Shown: positions 55,229 through 64,000 of the stretch, piece by piece
How positions within the stretch are numbered: the stretch's first letter is position 1
How the letters are laid out: each line of letters begins with the position of its first letter
Origin: a virus
DNA length: 64,000 nt
Reading direction: 5' to 3' (one strand)
IMG/VR virus record: IMGVR_UViG_3300028840_007026
Coordinates: 17,356-81,355 of that record
The notes under the pieces: generated by a model
What the model was told of the DNA's origin: nothing
What the model saw: the letters and a program-made list of their open reading frames with translations, nothing else
Database searches by the model: none
Translations under genes and position numbers: made by a program

Positions 55229-55848
55229 TAAATCCATATATCACCATAAAAGAAAATGGACACAAGTACCTTTACACCAGTGAGTACTTTGGATTTATAC
55301 ATCCGACAGTCCAATTTCTCGGCCCAGTCACTCTTGGGCTGGGAGTGATTATCGAAGAAAATTGTATCCTCCATGGAGGTAATTTTCTTGGGCATCAAGC
55401 AGTAATGAGACCAGGATGTGTACTTGGGAAAGGTTCTGAACTGAGAGTAAAAGCATGGATGGCTGAGAATTCTTGGGTAGGTCAAAATAGCGTGATTTAT
55501 AACTATGCGAATGTGTCCATGGGAACAGTAATTGAAGACTACGTTTATTTCGGCGTCCGTAGTACTACAACGAATGCGAATGATATAGTATTGCACAGGA
55601 ATCGGCCGTTTATACCGAATCCTGTGAGAATCAAAAGCGGGACCAGGATTGCTACCCATGTATGTATCAATCCGGGAGTCACCATTGGTAGAAATTCTCT
55701 GGTAGGTGCTGGATCCCTTGTAACTAAGGATGTTCCCAGTCATGAAATATGGTTTGGAAGTCCGGCAAGTAAAAGGGGAGAAGTTGATAAAAATGATAAA
55801 CCGTCTGCATGGATGGATTCAGAGGTGGAGAAGGCAAATCGGAGGTGA
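55225..55848 (+). CDS. Hexapeptide-repeat acyltransferase (WbpD/FdtC-like)
   Basis: TTTNAND; PGVTIGRNSLVGAGSLVTKDVP...GSPA. Confidence 0.9.
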   Translation: MINPYITIKENGHKYLYTSEYFGFIHPTVQFLGPVTLGLGVIIEENCILHGGNFLGHQAVMRPGCVLGKGSELRVKAWMAENSWVGQNSVIYNYANVSMGTVIEDYVYFGVRSTTTNANDIVLHRNRPFIPNPVRIKSGTRIATHVCINPGVTIGRNSLVGAGSLVTKDVPSHEIWFGSPASKRGEVDKNDKPSAWMDSEVEKANRR

Positions 55849-55850
55849 TA

Positions 55851-56030
55851 ATGAATCAAGGTGACCTTTTTGAACAGGCATTAAAACGACCAAGATGGTA
55901 TAACTCCATGACAGATAGGGAACAATGGCTTACCGATAAAAGATTAGGCATCTTAGATTGGGACGGTAGTTGTTCTCATAGCAATGGAGTGCCTTGCAAA
56001 GAATGTGAAGAACGCTACTTGAATAGGTGA
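55851..56030 (+). CDS. Small hypothetical protein
   Basis: GGAGG RBS; QW..DK.LGILDWDG followed by Cys residues. Confidence 0.65.
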   Translation: MNQGDLFEQALKRPRWYNSMTDREQWLTDKRLGILDWDGSCSHSNGVPCKECEERYLNR

Positions 56031-56034
56031 TGAA

Positions 56035-56982
56035 ATGAAAATACTTTTTCTTAGTCCAAATCAAAGAACAAGATGGAACCCTGGACACCAGCATTTTAGA
56101 GATGAAATTGGTGTTACAAATGACGTGAAATACTACGGTCCCGGATATAGGGATCATCAACTTCTCGATAAACTAAATTACATTCCGCGTATTCTTGAAT
56201 ATTATGAGAATGAGATGAACTGGATACCGGATGTAATTATGACTTATGGGTTGAGGTATACCATTCCCTTCATCGGTTTTAAAAAAGTAAAGTTGCCGAA
56301 GATTCATTTTATATGTGACTTTACTCCCTTCGTTCCCAACAAATGGCCCGGAACCATCGGGACATATAAGGCAATGCTTGATTCCCATGAGTATGATTTA
56401 CATTTTTCTCTTTCTTATCAAGTCATGAATTGGTTTGCTAAGAACGACCGTTCGAAGTGTATCAGATATTTACCTTTTGGCGTAGATGAGAAGGTTTTTT
56501 ATCCCAAAAAGCTTACGAAAATGTGGGATGTCTATGTCGGCTGGTCTAACCACGATACGCTTTATCCATTTAGAAAACCGCTTCAAGATGAGTTGAAGAA
56601 TCAGGCGACAAATGGTCTCAGAGTTCTTATCAAAAGGGTTTTCCAACAAGGCTTTGTTGAGACGATGAATATGTCCAACATAGTTCTCAATACTTCAAAT
56701 ATCTTCAACACAATGAACATGAAAACCTTTGAGGTGATGGCTTGTGCTTCCCTTCTGCTGACTGAGTATACTCAGGAACTGGAAGATCTCGGCTATGAGG
56801 ATATGATCCACTACGTTAGTTATTCAAATATAACGGAGTGTATGGAGAAGATCTATATGCTTTTAAACAACCCTGAAATGATGCAAGATATTGCAGACGA
56901 GGGGTATCGTTTAACTGTGAGTCAAAATACAAATGCTCACAGGGTTTCTAAAATGATGGAGATGATTCATGAAACTTTATAA
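56035..56982 (+). CDS. Glycosyltransferase, GT-B (CgeB/Glyco_trans_1_2-like)
   Basis: LPFGVD..F.P, IVLN, MKTFEVMAC.SLLLT and IA..G motifs. Confidence 0.85.
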   Translation: MKILFLSPNQRTRWNPGHQHFRDEIGVTNDVKYYGPGYRDHQLLDKLNYIPRILEYYENEMNWIPDVIMTYGLRYTIPFIGFKKVKLPKIHFICDFTPFVPNKWPGTIGTYKAMLDSHEYDLHFSLSYQVMNWFAKNDRSKCIRYLPFGVDEKVFYPKKLTKMWDVYVGWSNHDTLYPFRKPLQDELKNQATNGLRVLIKRVFQQGFVETMNMSNIVLNTSNIFNTMNMKTFEVMACASLLLTEYTQELEDLGYEDMIHYVSYSNITECMEKIYMLLNNPEMMQDIADEGYRLTVSQNTNAHRVSKMMEMIHETL

Positions 56983-57745
56983 AATTTTAGTACTCACTCC
57001 TGCGACCATACGCCCAAGTATATTCCGTCGAACCTATAGATCATTTGACAACCATTTATTTCGGGATAATGAAGTTGATGGGGTAGTTTTTGTTTGTGGT
57101 CTTCATGTCGATCCAGTCGGTAGAAAAGACACTGAATATACTGCTATGGACATAAAACTAAGTGCCAATAGGGTTTTGCCTATTTTATTTTCGAAAGTTA
57201 ACTACAAAGGTTCTCACAGCCTCTCCTCAGCTTTTAAATGGTTATGGGATATGGCTTCAACGTCAGAAGTGGATTATGTCTTCTACCTGGAAGACGACTG
57301 GGAACTCACAAAGTATGTTGACATAAAGAAAATGATCCGGATAATGGAAGAGTATCCCAAACTTGCCACATTGAGACTTCCATTCAAACCATTGGGGATG
57401 GCACATTCGAAAAATTGGGCACATTTCTTTCCGTGGAATGGGAGTTATTTCCACTGTCCTGAAACCCTTAAAGGTAGTATTGGATGGTGCGGACATCCTT
57501 CTCTTGTAAGAATGGATTTCATTAAGGAGACAAATGAATTCCTGACTGCGAACTGGTGCCCTGAAAGGCAAATGAAAATTTACAAGCAATTTGGAACACC
57601 AATGGGGAAAGTAATCTCCAAATGGGATTATGGAGTATATGGATATCCAGCCGAATCCGAATATGTAAAGGATATTGGAAGGGTATGGAGAACTCAAAAC
57701 AGTATTACAAAGCTGAAGAATACTTCATGGGAGGTTTCAAAGTAA
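56969..57745 (+). CDS. Glycosyltransferase, GT-A fold (GT2-like)
   Basis: YVFYLEDDW, GHPSL and DIGR motifs. Confidence 0.8.
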   Translation: MKLYKILVLTPATIRPSIFRRTYRSFDNHLFRDNEVDGVVFVCGLHVDPVGRKDTEYTAMDIKLSANRVLPILFSKVNYKGSHSLSSAFKWLWDMASTSEVDYVFYLEDDWELTKYVDIKKMIRIMEEYPKLATLRLPFKPLGMAHSKNWAHFFPWNGSYFHCPETLKGSIGWCGHPSLVRMDFIKETNEFLTANWCPERQMKIYKQFGTPMGKVISKWDYGVYGYPAESEYVKDIGRVWRTQNSITKLKNTSWEVSK

Positions 57746-58309
57746 ATGGAATACGATATTCATAACCAGGAGAAGAAAATCAAAGGTCGTTTTACTCATG
57801 ACTTTAAACACTCTTCCGGTGTTGGTTTCACAATGAAACACGAACGTAAATTGGTATCACATACCATCGAAGTAATTCAAAAAATGGATGTTCCACTCAT
57901 TATCGAGTTTGGTACTTTCAAAGCAGGGTTTACCAAACTCCTTGAAGACGGGACGGAAGCGGAAATTCATACTTTTGATTTGATTGATCATTGTCCGAAA
58001 ATCAAAAAACATTTCTCACCACGAGTTGTTTTCCATGTGGAAGTAAATGTCTTGGAAGCCGACAATCATGAAGTAGTAGAATTGATAAAAAGACCTGAGA
58101 AAAAACTTCTGTACTGCGACAACGGAAGAAAAAAACAGGAAGTGGAGATGTACTCCAAATTGCTGCGGAGTGGTGATTTCATTGGTGTCCACGACTGGGG
58201 AAATGAAATATTTTGGAGTGATGTTGAACCCTATGTTGGTACCTGGGAGAAGTTTTGTTGGAGTGAATTGGAAGAAGTCGGTGTAACATCAAGATTCTGG
58301 AGGAAATAA
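57746..58309 (+). CDS. SAM-dependent methyltransferase (CmcI/Methyltransf_24-like)
   Basis: IIEFGTFKAG, TFD, YCDNG.K and L.SGD.I.VHD motifs. Confidence 0.8.
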   Translation: MEYDIHNQEKKIKGRFTHDFKHSSGVGFTMKHERKLVSHTIEVIQKMDVPLIIEFGTFKAGFTKLLEDGTEAEIHTFDLIDHCPKIKKHFSPRVVFHVEVNVLEADNHEVVELIKRPEKKLLYCDNGRKKQEVEMYSKLLRSGDFIGVHDWGNEIFWSDVEPYVGTWEKFCWSELEEVGVTSRFWRK

Positions 58310-58310
58310 A

Positions 58311-59387
58311 ATGAATAAAAAAATTTCGGTCATAATGCCTTTTGTAAATGAATGGCCTCAAATTGCTTTTACGATTCGAGCAGTCAGGGAAGAATTAGAA
58401 GGCTTTTGTGACTACGAGATTATTGCGATAGATAATTATTGCAAGGAAGTGGAAGAACAAGGACAAGTGCCCGACAGAGCTCATGATGGCTATGTCCTAA
58501 ACAAAAAGAGAATACCCATGTATGGGGAAACCATACATCCCGAAGCACAGTATTCTCAAGGTCATATAAAGGCTCAAGCTTACCAGCATGATTGGCTGAA
58601 GTACTATTCCTACGATTCAAAATTGAGTCATTGGAATGCAAAGAATTATGGAGTATCAAAGTCGACTGGAGAAATACTACTTTTCCTTGATGCTCATGTA
58701 ATGCCGTCTTATCACAGTTTGGTATATGCTGCCTGCTATTATAACGCAATGATGGGTCATAAGGAATTTCAAAACGACACATTACATTTGCCTTTGTCCT
58801 ATCATATCCTTGAGAATAAACGTCTCGCTTACAAACTGGTTTACCAACCGAGATTAGGGAATGTACATTATTCATTTACTTCCTTTTTGGAGAAGGATGG
58901 GGAAGAACCTGGGATTAGTGAATGTCTTGGACCGGATAACCTGAAAGAGTATATAACGGAACTTCCCTGCATGAGTACATGTGGGATGTTTATGTCAAGG
59001 AAGTTGTACGACAAACTCGGTGGATGGCCTGAAGTAATGGGGATCTACGGAGGTGGTGAGAATTTCATTAATTTCTCACTCGCTATTATTGGTGGAAGAA
59101 AGTTTATCAGCAATTATGGAACTCTTCACCATCACGGCGACAGGAGAAATTATCACTACAATTGGGCTGACTACCATACAAATCGGATGGCTGCTACCCA
59201 TTGTTTTGGTGGTATGGAATGGGTGAACAAATACAGAACAGCACTTGGGAATCCTGGGAATAAAGGTGTTAATATGATGCTCGAAAGAGCAGTTATGGGA
59301 ACCCATGATCATCGTAGAAATTTGAAAGAAAATCAAGTTTTGGGAATTGAGGAGTGGGCTTCCAAGTGGGGGGAGAAAAATGGATGA
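58311..59387 (+). CDS. GT-A glycosyltransferase with ppGalNAc-T-like motifs
   Basis: ISVIMPFVNE, AKNYG...S.GEIL.FLDAH (DxH) and LGGW......YGGGEN. Confidence 0.85.
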   Translation: MNKKISVIMPFVNEWPQIAFTIRAVREELEGFCDYEIIAIDNYCKEVEEQGQVPDRAHDGYVLNKKRIPMYGETIHPEAQYSQGHIKAQAYQHDWLKYYSYDSKLSHWNAKNYGVSKSTGEILLFLDAHVMPSYHSLVYAACYYNAMMGHKEFQNDTLHLPLSYHILENKRLAYKLVYQPRLGNVHYSFTSFLEKDGEEPGISECLGPDNLKEYITELPCMSTCGMFMSRKLYDKLGGWPEVMGIYGGGENFINFSLAIIGGRKFISNYGTLHHHGDRRNYHYNWADYHTNRMAATHCFGGMEWVNKYRTALGNPGNKGVNMMLERAVMGTHDHRRNLKENQVLGIEEWASKWGEKNG

Positions 59388-59805
59388 GAATGAAAGGCTT
59401 CGCACGTTTTCGAGTTATATGGAGAAAATCGAACAGAGAATCATGATTCCATGTGTAGTAAACGGAACCTTCAAAAACAAAATAATGGTATCCGTGAAGA
59501 AGTCGAAGTTCCTTGGAACCGATTTTGGGGACTTTGTTGGAGAAGTATTTGAAGATGATAGGTTGATTGCCTTCAATTACTATGGAATGGTGAAGATCTC
59601 AACAGCATATGTGAGAAAAGTCCAAAAGCTTGAGAACCAAGGTGTCAGTGTGAAGTCTTTGGAGTGTTCGGTAGCATATTTCAGTGCAATAAAAATGTCC
59701 CACCTGGATAAGTATGCTCCTGAATTAATTGAGAAGTTTAGTCGATTTAAAGAATTCCTCGTTAAATTGCGAGCTTTTCCGGCTTCCGGAGAAGCCCGGA
59801 AATAA
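59380..59805 (+). CDS. Hypothetical protein
   Basis: GGGAG RBS; last gene before the convergent terminator. Confidence 0.7.
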   Translation: MDENERLRTFSSYMEKIEQRIMIPCVVNGTFKNKIMVSVKKSKFLGTDFGDFVGEVFEDDRLIAFNYYGMVKISTAYVRKVQKLENQGVSVKSLECSVAYFSAIKMSHLDKYAPELIEKFSRFKEFLVKLRAFPASGEARK

Positions 59806-59840
59806 ACGATCGAAAAGAATTAAGGGTAACATATAGGCGC

Positions 59841-59882
59841 AAAAAAGGCCTCCTTTAGTAGTTTTTATTGGAGGCCTTTTTT
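59841..59882. terminator. Bidirectional terminator between convergent arms
   Basis: A6-GGCCTCC...GGAGGCC-T6. Confidence 0.8.
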
Positions 59883-59884
59883 AT

Positions 59885-60136
59885 TCACGGACAATGGTTT
59901 AAATACTGTTCCGGCGATTCGAATGGACCGAGCCATTCGCCATGAGAAAAATACCAGAGGTTGTAGGAACGTGCTGGACTTAGGAATGCCCTACCTCTTT
60001 TTTTGTCTACGAGTAGTAATAGATTTACGATTGCTCCGCTCCTTGTCACTCCTTTGTACTGATAAAAACCGCTTGATCCCGGTCTTTCTTTCGACCAATT
60101 TAGGCTCTGAAATTTCTCTTCCTGGTTCTTGTTCAT
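59885..60136 (-). CDS. Small hypothetical protein
   Basis: WSKERP...GFY...WLGP phage-like motif; overlaps the low-complexity tail of the resolvase gene. Confidence 0.55.
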   Translation of the reverse strand: MNKNQEEKFQSLNWSKERPGSSGFYQYKGVTRSGAIVNLLLLVDKKRGRAFLSPARSYNLWYFSHGEWLGPFESPEQYLNHCP

Positions 60137-60749
60137 ATGGTAATCCTTTCATACGTCTATGGATTCTTCTACCAATTGTTTCCGGTTCGCACCAAAAAAG
60201 AAAATCATCCAGTAGCATTACCACAAAGTCAACATCATAAGCCAAAATTAATGCAGTCGGTCCAAAAGGCGGATTATAATACTTCTTTACATTTCTCGTT
60301 TTTAAATAGGACCACGTTTCCAATGAGAATGCAATGCAAGCATTTTTCCTGTCACGTTTAAAGATAATAAAACCGTGAGATTTTTTATGGTCTTTCATCT
60401 CAAGAAATAGTTTTTTAAACCATTGGATAAGGAGTGGTTCCTTTTCCTTTGCGAGTTTGTCAAGAATCGGGATAAGAGAAATACTCATATTCGCATTCTT
60501 TTTTGAAGTATATCCCCGCTTGAATTCCCATATGGAATTTGATGTTAACTTTAACCCTTCATCCCCAAGCGAACACATATCTCCGGCGCTGTCGTTGGTG
60601 CATTTACCACTTTTCATGCGGACCGTTGCACGTGCTCCACTACCAGCGGTTCTCCAAAATATATCGTCGCGTTTCCCATGAGAATACCAGAGGGATAACT
60701 TTTTGCACATTTCTCTTTCGAACGCTCCACCTTTGAGACTTTTTGGCAT
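59991..60749 (-). CDS. Holliday junction resolvase, Hjc-like PD-(D/E)xK nuclease
   Basis: KGGAFERE..K.LS.W, R..GSG, GD and WEFKRGY motifs. Confidence 0.8.
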   Translation of the reverse strand: MPKSLKGGAFEREMCKKLSLWYSHGKRDDIFWRTAGSGARATVRMKSGKCTNDSAGDMCSLGDEGLKLTSNSIWEFKRGYTSKKNANMSISLIPILDKLAKEKEPLLIQWFKKLFLEMKDHKKSHGFIIFKRDRKNACIAFSLETWSYLKTRNVKKYYNPPFGPTALILAYDVDFVVMLLDDFLFWCEPETIGRRIHRRMKGLPYEQEPGREISEPKLVERKTGIKRFLSVQRSDKERSNRKSITTRRQKKR

Positions 60750-60751
60750 GA

Positions 60752-61423
60752 CTACCCCATATTTGTTTCAATATTTATACTTATGGTGATTTTGAAATGG
60801 ATTTCCTGTTCAATGGGAGGATTTACAACTGGTGATTCAACTACCTTTGCAACAATTTTAGGTTTGGTGACAGGAGGTTTATCATTTTTCTTCGGTGTTT
60901 TTATCATAAGCATATTTACTGCTTCCATAAAATTCAATTCAGGATCGGTGATCTGGTAAGTCATTACTCTCTTTTTGTAAAGATCATAATTCATGGATGC
61001 GTTGAATACTTCATTAAGTTTGGATTTTTTTATAATCCCAATACAGGTGCGAACGGAATAGGGCTTGAAGTAAAATTTCTCATGATGTTCTTTCAAGCAT
61101 TCCTGGATTTTTGAGGTAATATGATGGCCGGAAATTGGTTGTTTTTGAGTGAGAAGTACTGCTACTATTGCTCTTGCTACATCCTTCTCCTTAATGGCTT
61201 CAATAACACGGTCCTTTACCATTCTAACATTAATTTCATGAATGTTATGAATCACTTTTCCTGATCTCCCTTTACTTCTGTAAGTTAACTTTGGTCGATG
61301 ATATAAAGAGGGTGTTTTCGATTCCGAAGTATATTCATCGGGCTGACTGTTTTCAATTGTTTCAACTACTGTTTCCAATGGCTGATTATTGATTGTAATT
61401 CCCGATCTTGATTTCTTTTCCAT
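60752..61423 (-). CDS. Hypothetical protein, possibly DNA-binding
   Basis: 223 aa; GAGG RBS; wHTH-like central region. Confidence 0.7.
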   Translation of the reverse strand: MEKKSRSGITINNQPLETVVETIENSQPDEYTSESKTPSLYHRPKLTYRSKGRSGKVIHNIHEINVRMVKDRVIEAIKEKDVARAIVAVLLTQKQPISGHHITSKIQECLKEHHEKFYFKPYSVRTCIGIIKKSKLNEVFNASMNYDLYKKRVMTYQITDPELNFMEAVNMLMIKTPKKNDKPPVTKPKIVAKVVESPVVNPPIEQEIHFKITISINIETNMG

Positions 61424-61428
61424 GTCTG

Positions 61429-61695
61429 CTACCTCTTGTTTAACTCCTGGTATAGCATGTTTCCTGGGTTAACGGCATTCGTTGCAAGAGAAATGCAATG
61501 TGCGAGTCCCTGCAAATCCGGATGTGCAAGAATGAGAACTCCAACAAACAATGTTCCACCGCACCTTACACATTTATCTTGCAAAATTTGAGCAACATTA
61601 TCCTTGAATGGAGTGATGTCAATGAGAATTTCACTTTTACAGTGGGAACAAATAATCTTCGGTTTGGAATATCTTTCTACGATTTCAATTGGCAT
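61429..61695 (-). CDS. Zn-ribbon protein
   Basis: CSHC...CVRC; AAGGAG RBS; extended -10 TGtTATAAT at 61730-61738 upstream. Confidence 0.75.
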   Translation of the reverse strand: MPIEIVERYSKPKIICSHCKSEILIDITPFKDNVAQILQDKCVRCGGTLFVGVLILAHPDLQGLAHCISLATNAVNPGNMLYQELNKR

Positions 61696-61740
61696 TTTCT
61701 TCTCCTTTTATTTGGTTGATTTACTACCCATTATAACATA

Positions 61741-62328
61741 TTAAAAATCGTTTACTGGAGCAATCCCACCATCAAGTGCTGCTTTCGTTTCTTCTTCGGT
61801 GAGTTCTTTTTTCTTGGAAAGCCTGTTTACTAAATCATAGAAATGTGGATATTTTTCTTGCAAATACTCTTCGGTGAAGTCTGCCATTAACATTCCTTTG
61901 ATAGTATTCATTCCACTATCAATATTCTTTCTATCAGAAATTTTCCCAAAAAATGATTTCCGATACATTTCTAAGGAGTGAGTACGATTCCACCAGTATG
62001 CATATGCAAGCTTGAGATGAGTTTTTAGTTTTTGTTTTCCTAATATATCATCTCTCTCAAATTCATTCGTGGCATGTTCTAAAGGGGTGATTTCAATGTT
62101 TATTCGTTTCCTCAGAATAGTATTCATATCCCTTGACCATACTCCCCAGCGAATGAGTACTTCTCGAAGATCGGTAAAAGCCCTGCCTGTTTTTTTGATG
62201 TAAACAATCATGCTATTATAATTCTTATCGATCAGCTTAACAAAGTCGATCGGAAGTGCTGTTTCATATTGTATGGTTGTCCAGTGTTCGATTGTGGGAA
62301 CCGGAATACTCTTCTTTTTATTCTTCAT
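61741..62328 (-). CDS. Hypothetical protein
   Basis: 195-aa ORF overlapping the upstream gene. Confidence 0.7.
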   Translation of the reverse strand: MKNKKKSIPVPTIEHWTTIQYETALPIDFVKLIDKNYNSMIVYIKKTGRAFTDLREVLIRWGVWSRDMNTILRKRINIEITPLEHATNEFERDDILGKQKLKTHLKLAYAYWWNRTHSLEMYRKSFFGKISDRKNIDSGMNTIKGMLMADFTEEYLQEKYPHFYDLVNRLSKKKELTEEETKAALDGGIAPVNDF

Positions 62329-62566
62329 CTTTTATTTCCTCCATTCTTTTATAAAAGGCTTTTTCTGCTTGTTGATAGGTTTTGTGTAGATCCTCCTGGT
62401 CAAAATCCATCATAAGTGCTTCATTGTCAAGAGAAGTATGGAACCAAACTTTAACTTCTTCTGTTTGCGGATTAATACTAAGATGATCCACGATAACACT
62501 TTTTATCGTAGCACCAAACTCAGAGACATAAAACGCAACATTTCCGGGTTTGAATCGTAGTCTCAT
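62318..62566 (-). CDS. Hypothetical protein
   Basis: 82 aa; GGAG RBS. Confidence 0.7.
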   Translation of the reverse strand: MRLRFKPGNVAFYVSEFGATIKSVIVDHLSINPQTEEVKVWFHTSLDNEALMMDFDQEDLHKTYQQAEKAFYKRMEEIKDEE

Positions 62567-62570
62567 TTTC

Positions 62571-62753
62571 TCACTCCATTTCTAAATGTACGGTTGGAAG
62601 GATGAAGGTTTCACCTTCAATATTTTTTATCTCAGTAGTAATATGAAGGGTTTTCAATTTATTCTTGTCGTAAGTACAGAGAATTATCTCTGTTATCGCT
62701 TGCATTACTATTCCTAATTCAACACAAGTACGATTATTTTTAAGTTTCATCAT
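62571..62753 (-). CDS. Hypothetical protein
   Basis: 60 aa, in operon orientation. Confidence 0.55.
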   Translation of the reverse strand: MMKLKNNRTCVELGIVMQAITEIILCTYDKNKLKTLHITTEIKNIEGETFILPTVHLEME

Positions 62754-62779
62754 TGAGTCCCTTCCATCTTTATTTCTCC

Positions 62780-62995
62780 TTAATCATCCGAATCATCAAT
62801 GTGCCAATTAAACGATTCCCTCCATGAAAGTTCTTTATCACATGCTTCACAGATTGCTTTATGGAGAGGAGTATCTTCATCTAAATTCTCAGCAATCCAT
62901 CTCAAATAATTATCTGGAATTTGTTCAATCTTCTTCCCTTTGTACATACCAAATGGAAGTTTATATGATGGTTTGATTGTCCATTTTGTTTCCAT
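62780..62995 (-). CDS. DUF3820-like small protein
   Basis: LPFGMYKGKKIEQIPDNYLRW motif; GGAGG RBS. Confidence 0.8.
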   Translation of the reverse strand: METKWTIKPSYKLPFGMYKGKKIEQIPDNYLRWIAENLDEDTPLHKAICEACDKELSWRESFNWHIDDSDD

Positions 62996-63008
62996 TTTCT
63001 ACCTCCAT

Positions 63009-63236
63009 TCAATAGTTGATCTTTTTATAGATTCTCCTACCTCCTAATATTCCGCAGGAAATAAAGTACTCCTGATCTACATCGTCAATATAGGCAACCG
63101 GTTCACTCATTATATATTCTTTTCCATTGTGAACAAATAGATCAAGATTGTACAAGTATCCGGTGTAACGTGAGATTTTTAAAAGCTTGAAATCATGGCT
63201 CGACATTTTACTTCTCCTCAGTTTCAACCATGTCAA
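63009..63236 (-). CDS. Hypothetical protein
   Basis: Start probably the internal Met (MSSHDF) after GAGGAG. Confidence 0.6.
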   Translation of the reverse strand: MTWLKLRRSKMSSHDFKLLKISRYTGYLYNLDLFVHNGKEYIMSEPVAYIDDVDQEYFISCGILGGRRIYKKINY

Positions 63237-63444
63237 CTTCTTTTATTCTATCTTTAGGAACTTTAAATCCAAGGAATTTTGTGGAGTGGTGTTGCAGTGA
63301 TTTGATTGCATTGTTTTTACTTACAGTGATCAATCTTCTCGTTTTGATTATGGATGCAGGGGTAGCAATTTCCCATCTCCACCCAATCAATTCTTGTTGC
63401 TGATTTCTAACTGTGATTACTGTGTATAGGTTGGTCGGAGCCAT
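63208..63444 (-). CDS. Hypothetical protein
   Basis: AGGAGG RBS. Confidence 0.7.
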   Translation of the reverse strand: MAPTNLYTVITVRNQQQELIGWRWEIATPASIIKTRRLITVSKNNAIKSLQHHSTKFLGFKVPKDRIKEVDMVETEEK

Positions 63445-63453
63445 TTTTCCTCC

Positions 63454-63618
63454 TTAGTTTTGAGTCGATATAGCGACCCACATCCCATCTGGAAAAACTT
63501 GAATGACTGCTCTTTCAAGGAGACAAATTCCAAAGTGGGGAAACATGAGAACAAATACAACTTCTCCAAAACCGTATCGAGCTATGTCGTAACTGACTTC
63601 AAAGAATTCCTGTTCCAT
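63454..63618 (-). CDS. 54-aa hypothetical protein
   Basis: MEQEFFEVSYDIARYGFGEVVF...QN*; fills the gap between neighbours; GAGG RBS; below cutoff. Confidence 0.5.
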   Translation of the reverse strand: MEQEFFEVSYDIARYGFGEVVFVLMFPHFGICLLERAVIQVFPDGMWVAISTQN

Positions 63619-63817
63619 TCTTTATTTCCTCTCTTTTTCTCTTCCTGAATTCACGATTGTACTTCAATTTTTTCTTATACCTTTTGGGTGATTTATTGTA
63701 ATCACTGATACATGTTTTGCATGGTTTTCTCCATCCACATTTTCTCGTCTCCCAATAAAAACCTTCACTTGGATCATCATACTTCACGCCACATTTTTTG
63801 CATGTTACACTATCCAT
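63599..63817 (-). CDS. Zn-finger protein (CxxC...CxxC)
   Basis: AGGAGGAG RBS before ATG 63817; CKKC...CKTC. Confidence 0.7.
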   Translation of the reverse strand: MDSVTCKKCGVKYDDPSEGFYWETRKCGWRKPCKTCISDYNKSPKRYKKKLKYNREFRKRKREEIKNGTGIL

Positions 63818-64000
63818 TTCTCCTCCTAATTTTCCTTTCATACTTTTTAATTAATGAAGTAATACTTTTATTCCCTATCCTTGTTACTTTATAAACCTGA
63901 TCGCATATTGCTATTAGTTCATCATCATGGGAAACCATAATTACTTGTATTCCCAGGTTGGTTGACAGGAACTTGAGCATTTGACCGGTTTTTGTAATTA
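63810..64000 (-). CDS. C-terminus of an SbcC/Rad50/gp46-like ATPase (partial)
   Basis: ...LSTNLGIQVIMVSHDDELIAICDQVYKV... carries the ABC-ATPase H-loop. Confidence 0.75.
   Translation of the reverse strand, partial: ITKTGQMLKFLSTNLGIQVIMVSHDDELIAICDQVYKVTRIGNKSITSLIKKYERKIRRRNG

Noticed and set aside
53244-59387. Transferase cluster as a DNA hypermodification system
   Set aside because: It lies on the structural-gene strand, and no hydroxymethylase, TET/JBP or nucleotide kinase genes are seen in the window; not formally excluded.
1-64000. Genome-wide stop-codon reassignment
   Set aside because: TGA, TAG and TAA all end genes normally (several ATGA overlaps) and genes are intact under code 11; only 50508 looks recoded.
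1-64000. tRNA genes, integrase, diversity-generating retroelement
   Set aside because: No cloverleaf, recombinase or reverse-transcriptase motifs, or template/variable repeat pair recognised by eye.

Overview
Part of a tailed dsDNA phage genome (siphovirus-like; no integrase, tRNA or CRISPR seen). Left arm (1-15161, minus strand): replication genes (clamp-like fragment, DnaB-like helicase, primase, SF2 helicase) and an early-type operon with an AAA+/DUF2997/DUF1257-like module. A ~1 kb non-coding divergence region follows. Plus strand (16222-59805): terminases, adhesin-like proteins, portal, MuF fusion, M15 peptidase, scaffold, capsid, neck, tail, a GTA-like tail tip, and a glycosyl/acetyl/methyltransferase cluster. 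The right end (minus strand) has an Hjc-like resolvase, small ORFs and an SbcC-like fragment. Three things stand out. (1) Seven type II hammerhead ribozymes with covarying pseudoknots punctuate the early operon (9834-14949), each between a stop codon and the next RBS. (2) Nine proteins of the virion module carry poly-Thr stalks or C-terminal poly-Thr tags, and the phage encodes four glycosyltransferases, one with ppGalNAc-T-like motifs, suggesting mucin-like virion O-glycosylation. (3) A small gene (50481-50663) has an in-frame TGA followed by a SECIS-like hairpin, a candidate phage selenoprotein. Family assignments come from motif recognition by eye; no searches were run.
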